A stretch of DNA of 64,000 nt from positions 40,736,001 to 40,800,000 of the forward strand of contig CP068257.2 in the NCBI GenBank assembly GCA_009914755.4, in the 5' to 3' direction. The DNA is from the human T2T-CHM13v2.0 reference genome, Homo sapiens. Positions 57,484-64,000 of the stretch are shown here, piece after piece. The position numbers were made by a program, and so were the translations under genes. The notes under the pieces are model-generated. The model worked only from the letters and a program-made list of their open reading frames with translations, searched no databases and was not told where the DNA came from. Every line of letters starts with the position of its first letter. The stretch's first letter is position 1.

Positions 57484-57596
57484 ATGGCAGCGGGGGAGAC
57501 GCAGCTCTACGCCAAGGTCTCCAACAAGCTCAAGGGCCGCAGCAGCCCCTCCCTCCTGGAGCCCCTCCTGGCCATGGGCTTCCCGGTGCACACCGC
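57484..57596 (+). CDS. UBASH3A: UBASH3A coding exon 1: MAAGETQLYAKVSNKLKGRSSPSLLEPLLAMGFPVHT(A)
   Basis: The ATG is at 57484 in a gag ATG G context. The donor is ACC GC|gtgagt at 57597, leaving phase 2. The translation matches the UBASH3A (STS-2/TULA) N-terminus. Residue 18 is Gly (GGC). Confidence 0.88.
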
Positions 57597-58477
57597 GTGA
57601 GTACTGCCCAGAGACCCCGGGGCCCAGCCAGTAAGGCTGGTGCCAGACCCTGCTGCGGCCCCCGGCATGGAGCTGCAGGGGTGTAGGGTACGGCTTCCTG
57701 CCAAAGCAGTGCACCTTGCAGGGTAAGACACTGCCTCTTCACAGGGCCCTCTTCTGCTTCTCGTAAATGAGGTGATCTTGACCAAGCTTGTCCAACCCAC
57801 ATGAGGCCCAGGACAGCTTTGGGCTTAAGCCATCATCCCACCTCAGCCTCCTAAGGCTGCCCTGTTCAATTTGTGTTGGCTGCCCAACACAAATTGGTAA
57901 ACTTTCTTAAAATATTATGAGATTTTTTTTTAGCTCATTAGCTATTATTAGTGTTAACGTATTTTATGTGTGGCCCAGGGAGGCACAAGAATACCCCTGA
58001 TATTCTTGACCTTTTAAAGACCAGCTCGGCTGGCTGACTGGGGGACCCTGAAATTTGTGAAAATCAGAAGCCATGTATTACTCTGGGTGCCCCATTTTGG
58101 GGGTTTGGAGGAGATTGGGGCCTGGTTGTAATCTCTTTGTGTGCAGCTCAGTGACTCTGAAAGTGGCGTTTCAAGATATTCAAACTCTAACGTGAAAGGC
58201 CCCAAAGCCCGCTGAGTCTCTAACACTGGGACCAACTGTCAGCAGGGCTGTGCTTCCACGCTGCCCGGGGAAAGTCACTTGTCCTCAGAGACAATCCCTT
58301 GAGTGTCTGATAACGAAACAAATGGGTAGGAAACTTCAGACACAGTGTGAGCGCGACCCTGCTTACCCAAGGGAAAGGCCTGCATGTGGAAGAGCTTAGC
58401 CTTCAGAGTTACCGCTCTCGGAGAGGGAGGCCACGACACCAACATTGGGTTACAGCTTTCATGGCAAACCAGTGCCT

Positions 58478-58577
58478 TAAATCTGACCCATTCATTTTTT
58501 CACATGGAAAAATGTATCAGAAACACACTTTAAATCTGACCCATTCATTTTTTCACATGGAAAAATGTATCAGAAAC
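58478..58577. repeat. Tandem duplication of an about 50-bp unit in UBASH3A intron 1
   Basis: The sequence aaatctgacccattcattttttcacatggaaaaatgtatcagaaacacacttt is repeated twice almost perfectly. Confidence 0.85.
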
Positions 58578-59843
58578 ACACTTTAGGTAACTTTGGGTTG
58601 GGGAAGGAGCTAAACTTTCCTTCCACACTATAACAAAAGCTTGGCCAAATTGGGTGAAGTAACTCTGAAGCTAGACAAACCCATTTCTTCTCCCCAAATC
58701 AGGGCTTTGTCGTCACTGTTATGTTCAAGCTAAGCCAGGGGCCTTTGAATGGGGAGTGGGGTCAGGCATGTGCAGGGCGGCCACGGGGCACCGTCCAGGC
58801 ATTACAGACAAGGCAGCTTTTGTCCACTGCTCACCACCCAGTGCAGGCAGGACACTGGGCCCAGAGAGTGCATTAGTGGCGGAGGTGGAACCCGAACCAG
58901 CTCTCCATGCCTTTGAAGGAGTCCACGCTGGATTTTACTACTAAACCTATAGCATGGACTTCTACTCAAAATTCCTTCCAGTTTAAACATTAAGCACATG
59001 TTGGAGGAAGAGAAATGTGTGTTAATTTCCCCACACCAGAGCACCTCATAGTAAGGGCCCTGCACCAAGGCTGCCTTGTTCAAACCTCTCCAGGTGGCCA
59101 CAGCCCCATCGGTGCCCACCCAAATAGCAGCATTCGGCATCATGTGGTGCGTTCCTCATGGACGCCCGCTGTTTCCAGTCTGCATTCCTGATAAATTACC
59201 TTTGCTATATTCCATTCTGTTTCATTTGGTCCAGTTCTGCCCAATTCAATGCAATGTACTTACGTCCCGGGTTACCGTGATGAATAAGACTCAGTCCTGT
59301 GTTCAGGGAGTTCTTGGTCTAGCAGGGGAGAGCCGTGGGTGCAAGGGGACTGTGTAAGCCGTAACAAGTGCCTGCCTGGGTGCTTTGGAAAGGGCTGTTT
59401 CCCAGCAGAGAGGTGTGGGAGGCGAGCCTGGGGATCAGGGTCGCTGATGCTGGGGTGAGGAAAGCGTGTGTCCGAGCCAGGGGCACGTTCCGCAGGGTGG
59501 GTCCATTTGATCTAGGCAGTGGGGGGGGTGGGGGCAGGCCAGGGAGAGGGATTGCAGGAGCGGGCGGAGGTCAGGTCCTCAGCCCTGAGACCCCGTGCCA
59601 AGGGCTGAAGCGGGTAGCCAGGGAAGGACAGTGAGGGGGAGGTGTGAGCTGGTCAGCATTGTCCAAAACCACGATGGCAGCACTCAGGGGACAGGCGCTA
59701 GAACTTCCAGCTGGAAGTTCAGCATCAGGCCCTCTTCAGAGCACCCCCCAAAGATCCTGGGTGTGCAAGGCTACACCCTGCCTCTCTGACCCTTTTCCCA
59801 AGAATGGGCGACGTGACTCTGTGTCTGTGTCTGCTCTTCTGCA

Positions 59844-59897
59844 GGCTGAAAGCGTTGGCAGCCACGGGGAGGAAGACGGCGGAGGAGGCCTTGGCCT
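59844..59897 (+). CDS. UBASH3A: UBASH3A coding exon 2: (A)LKALAATGRKTAEEALA(W), part of the UBA domain
   Basis: The acceptor is ctcttctgcag|G CTG AAA and the donor is GCC TG|gtgagt. The exon is 54 nt with phases 2 to 2. Confidence 0.88.
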
Positions 59898-62276
59898 GGT
59901 GAGTGCAGCTGCTTCTGTAGACCCAGGGGCGTTTGGGCTGAATTCCCTGTGCCTAAGGACTCCCTCCCACCAGGGCTGATACCAGGAAGAGCCGGGCGCC
60001 TCTGGGTGGGATGGGGCCACTGCGGAAGTGAAACAAAATAACCTCCCTGCCTACCCATAGTGCACTGAGGGAGGGGCACAGGGCTTTGGTTAACCATGGA
60101 AAGAGAAAGAGAGAACTCTGAACAAGGCTTTCTTCACTTACAAACCTGATTCAATCCAATTTGACTGCCAAGAAGAACAGGTTCATGTGCTTTGTTGAGT
60201 AAATGGGGAAGACATGATTGTTGTGTTGTGATAAGCACGTAAATGAGGGTAATTGTTAGAATAAAGTAATTAGGTTAAAAATGGTAACATTTGGGTTTTA
60301 TATTAGTACTGCTAATATTCAGCCTATTTCAGTAATTGAAGAGCAGGCTGGGATTTTGCATACTTGTGTTTGATTATGTCCTCCTCAACTGCCTACTACG
60401 ATGGATAAGATTGAGATAGATAGGAGGATGTTTGTGTTTATTGATGGAAAGATTTGAGACATAATTGACATCTTTGCTGATAGAGACTAGCGGCCACCAT
60501 GCTCTCGGGCTGCCTCTGAGGGGAAGGGAGTTTACTGGTGGTCATGAAGCCAGGTGTGTGGGTCTAAGGGTGCCAGGTGTGTGGGTCGGGTGAGGGCTCT
60601 GATTTGAGGTGACCTCACCAGGTACCAGCTGCGTGAGTGATTCTTCAAGCCACCCACTGCCATGGGCCTGTTCTCTGCTCTGGGGATGGAGAGGAGGGCC
60701 ACCGTTTCTCTAAAACCCTCTCCTACCCGGATGTGCTGTGGGGAGTCCTTCATCCTCTGCCCTGAGATAGCCACGGGGAAAATCAAACAATAAAAACCAG
60801 GTCCTGGGAGGCTGGAGTGTCCTCTCCAAAGCAGGAGGGCAGATACTGATCCTGGGTCTCTGAACGTGCAGTGTTCCCAATGGGATGCCCCCTCCTCCTC
60901 CAGAAAGTGTAGGCCACGGGCAAAATGGGCAACCCCTTCACAGAGTCCACTAAAGCCAGTTGCCAATTTTGGATCAGAAACAAGCCCACTGCTGTGAAGG
61001 GCATGGCCAGCACCTGCCCACTGCAACCCAGTCAATAAGACTAGGAACCCCACCAAAAAATAGGGAGGCAATGGGGTCCCCTAGACTGTCAAGAGCACCC
61101 CAACCTCTCACTAGTAACCAGGGAGGTGGTGCAAATTAAGATATCATTAGAGCAAACAAGGTAACTCCAAGTGTTGATGAGGGTGAGGGAAGCGGGGCCT
61201 CACACGTCACTGGTGTCACTGAGGAAGGCAGTGCTGGGTATCTGCCAACCTTGGCAACATGCACAGCCCACCAGCCTCCGTCGTGCGTCTAAGCAGATTC
61301 CCTGGAGAAATGCAAGGAGCCTAAAGAGACATGTACAAAGATCTTGATTGCAGGGTTATGAAATGGTTTTAAAATAAAATAATTTAGATGTTCATCAATG
61401 CGGGAATGAACAAGTGCAACATTGTATATGTATACATGAACTATTACACAGCCTTTAACAAATTCGCGCTGACAAACTTCACTAGACACGTGTGTATCAA
61501 CAGGGATTAATTGAAAAGACATGGTAGAGGAAAAATGCCAGTTGTAGAATAATTTGAATAACAGCTTATGATTTATGTAAAACAAGTGCTATCTATAAGT
61601 CCGTTACTTAAATTTCTGGGAGAAGGCAAAGCAGCTTCACCCTCTGGGTGAACCCTGGAAAGGGGGAGGGTGGGAACCACGATGGAGAGGAGTGGTAACT
61701 TCTTCTGTGATTTTTATTGAAGAGAATATGGTCTTGCGTAAGTTCTGTTTCCTCTAGTGATTGAATACTACTTTCTAAATTGAAAATTATATCACAGGCA
61801 CTTTGCTGAGTAATTAGAAATTCTTCCAAACCATGATTTCTAATGAATGCACGGTAAATAGATTTGCTATCAGTTATGGAGTTTTTCTTCTTTCTTCTAA
61901 ATAACCCTAAATAACCTTCTAACTTTCTTCTAAATAGCCCTAAATAGATGGTTCATGTGCAAAGTTTTGCCTATACAGTACTTTGTGCTCTTTCCTCGGG
62001 AGAAATTTCTGGAAGTAGAATTATTAATGCAAAGAGTGTGGGCATTTTAAGACTCTCAATACCTATTGGCAAATTGCTTCACATAAAAGTTGAAAGGTCT
62101 GTCCTTAAGTCCTGCTGCATCTTTTACACATTGAGCAGAACTTTTATCCTTTTTATTGAAAAAATCTTTGTGAACTTGACAGATGAGAAAAATGCCGTCT
62201 CGGAGCTATTTTATTTCCATTTTTATTGTTAGTGACAATGAACTCCTATGTTGGGTCATCCGTCGTTTTTCCTTTA

Positions 62277-62612
<336 letters not shown>

Positions 62613-62949
62613 TCAAGGAGATGCTGGGCCCACGGATCATTGGAAGACCAGGTTTTAGGTCTTGCTGTCAACTTTCTTTCATTTTTTCTACCTTTGACTT
62701 TGGAATCAGACTAAGGTGGGTCTGAGAGCAGGACTTACACTGACCAGGTCTGTGCCACACACAGCTGTGCCGCAGTGCCTCCCACCAGTAGGATGGCTGT
62801 GAGATTAATTTATGTCATGAGCATATATGATGTCTTCAGTGTGCCCTATAATTCTGCATTGCTGTCATTGTCATTCTGTTGTGTATCCTCAAAGGGGAAA
62901 ACTCTTTTTGTTGTGACAGTGGGTGATGCCGGCTTGCTCTCTGTTGCAG

Positions 62950-63136
62950 GCTGCATGATCATTGCAATGACCCTTCCCTAGACGACCCCATCCCCCAGGA
63001 GTATGCCCTTTTCCTCTGTCCAACGGGGCCCCTGCTGGAAAAACTTCAAGAGTTCTGGAGAGAGAGCAAGCGCCAGTGTGCAAAGAACAGAGCTCATGAG
63101 GTCTTCCCACACGTGACACTCTGTGACTTCTTCACG
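62950..63136 (+). CDS. UBASH3A: UBASH3A coding exon 3: (W)LHDHCNDPSLDDPIPQEYALFLCPTGPLLEKLQEFWRESKRQCAKNRAHEVFPHVTLCDFFT
   Basis: The acceptor is ctgttgcag|G CTG CAT and the donor is TTC ACG|gtgagt. The exon is 187 nt and ends in phase 0. The next exon (CEDQKVECLYEALK...) is not found before the window ends. Confidence 0.88.
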
Positions 63137-64000
63137 GTGAGTCAACCCAGTGTGCCTTCAATGCTCACGGCAGCTGAAGGCATTTTTCTGTGCTAACTAG
63201 GCCATGATGGGACAAAGTTGACTTATTTAAATGGGATAGTCCAGAACTGCATCATTAGCTGGCACCTTCATATGAGCTGTCCTTTATTTTCCTCTTTGCC
63301 TTCATCTGGTCAACTCCTATTAATCCTTCAGAACCCAACTCATTTATCCTCTCCCCTTTTTGAGTCTTCTCCAGCTCCCCAGGCAAAAGGAGTTGCTGCC
63401 CATTTTCTCGTTCATGTGTCTAGTGGCACTTTTGTATCATACGGGCCATGTGTCTGGTGCAGCACCGCATCCCTCACCAGACCGAGTCCCTCAAGGGAAG
63501 GCAGATACCTCACTCATCTTTGCACCCCCAGAAACTAGCACAGCCCCTAAAACAGAGTTTGTGCTTCCAAAATGTGTGGTAAGTCAACTCAAGGATGGGT
63601 GATTGTTGGCTACCCACAAATGCAGAACTTTTCCCTGTCTCAGGGACCAGCCGTCTGATTCAGAAAAAAAATGGCCCAGTGGGTAGCTCCACAGCAAAAC
63701 ACAATGGCCCAGCAGGCAGCTCTACAGGGGCACCGGGAAGACAAGAAGAATGTGGGAGCTGCTCAGGAGAAAAGAAGGAGAAGGGAGAGACAGACAGCCA
63801 CTGCTCTACTCAGCTCCGCCAGAGGGGCTTAAGGAAGGGCACACCCACTTCTGCTACCGCGGCCTGGCCCCAACTCTGCTGTTGGCAAACTGATTTGTTC
63901 CACCCATTTCAAGGAATTCCATCAGGGCCCAAGGAACCCTCCATTCCAACACCAGGCCCCTCGGTGCTGGATGGAAAGGAGGAATGCAAACCTCTGAAGG

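Noticed and set aside
63360-63602. 80-aa plus-strand ORF ending at a gtaagt-like donor shortly after UBASH3A exon 3; a possible extra UBASH3A exon
   Set aside because: Its translation (…SPDRVPQGKADTSLIFAPPETSTAPKTEFVLPKCV) does not match the UBASH3A sequence that follows exon 3 (CEDQKVECLYEALK…), and no upstream acceptor in the correct phase was found.

Overview
This window is human genomic DNA (dense Alu content, GT-AG introns, CpG depletion), not a prokaryotic locus. It matches the chromosome 21q22.3 trefoil-factor/TMPRSS3 region on the + strand of the chromosome, with three known genes on the minus strand and one on the plus strand. TFF2 coding exons 1-3 lie at 922-4393 (-); its last 14-nt coding exon is not found in the window and probably lies just before position 1. 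TFF1 is complete in three exons at about 15.7-20.0 kb (-), with its TATA box and the imperfect oestrogen response element about 400 bp upstream. TMPRSS3 is complete: all 12 coding exons from 26229 to 48987 (-) sum to 1365 nt, giving 454 aa plus stop. UBASH3A coding exons 1-3 lie at 57484-63136 (+). All exon boundaries were read directly from the sequence by matching remembered protein sequences and checking AG/GT splice sites and reading phase; no database was consulted. The remaining sequence is intronic or intergenic, with at least 20 Alu copies, a probable old LINE-derived block, and several mini- and microsatellites that create long spurious ORFs. I see no evidence of a novel gene system. 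Points worth a second look are the tandem trefoil gene cluster, the TFF1 response element, the VNTRs, an inverted Alu pair, a unique CpG-containing block in TMPRSS3 intron 1, and two recognisable missense alleles (TMPRSS3 Val253, UBASH3A Gly18).
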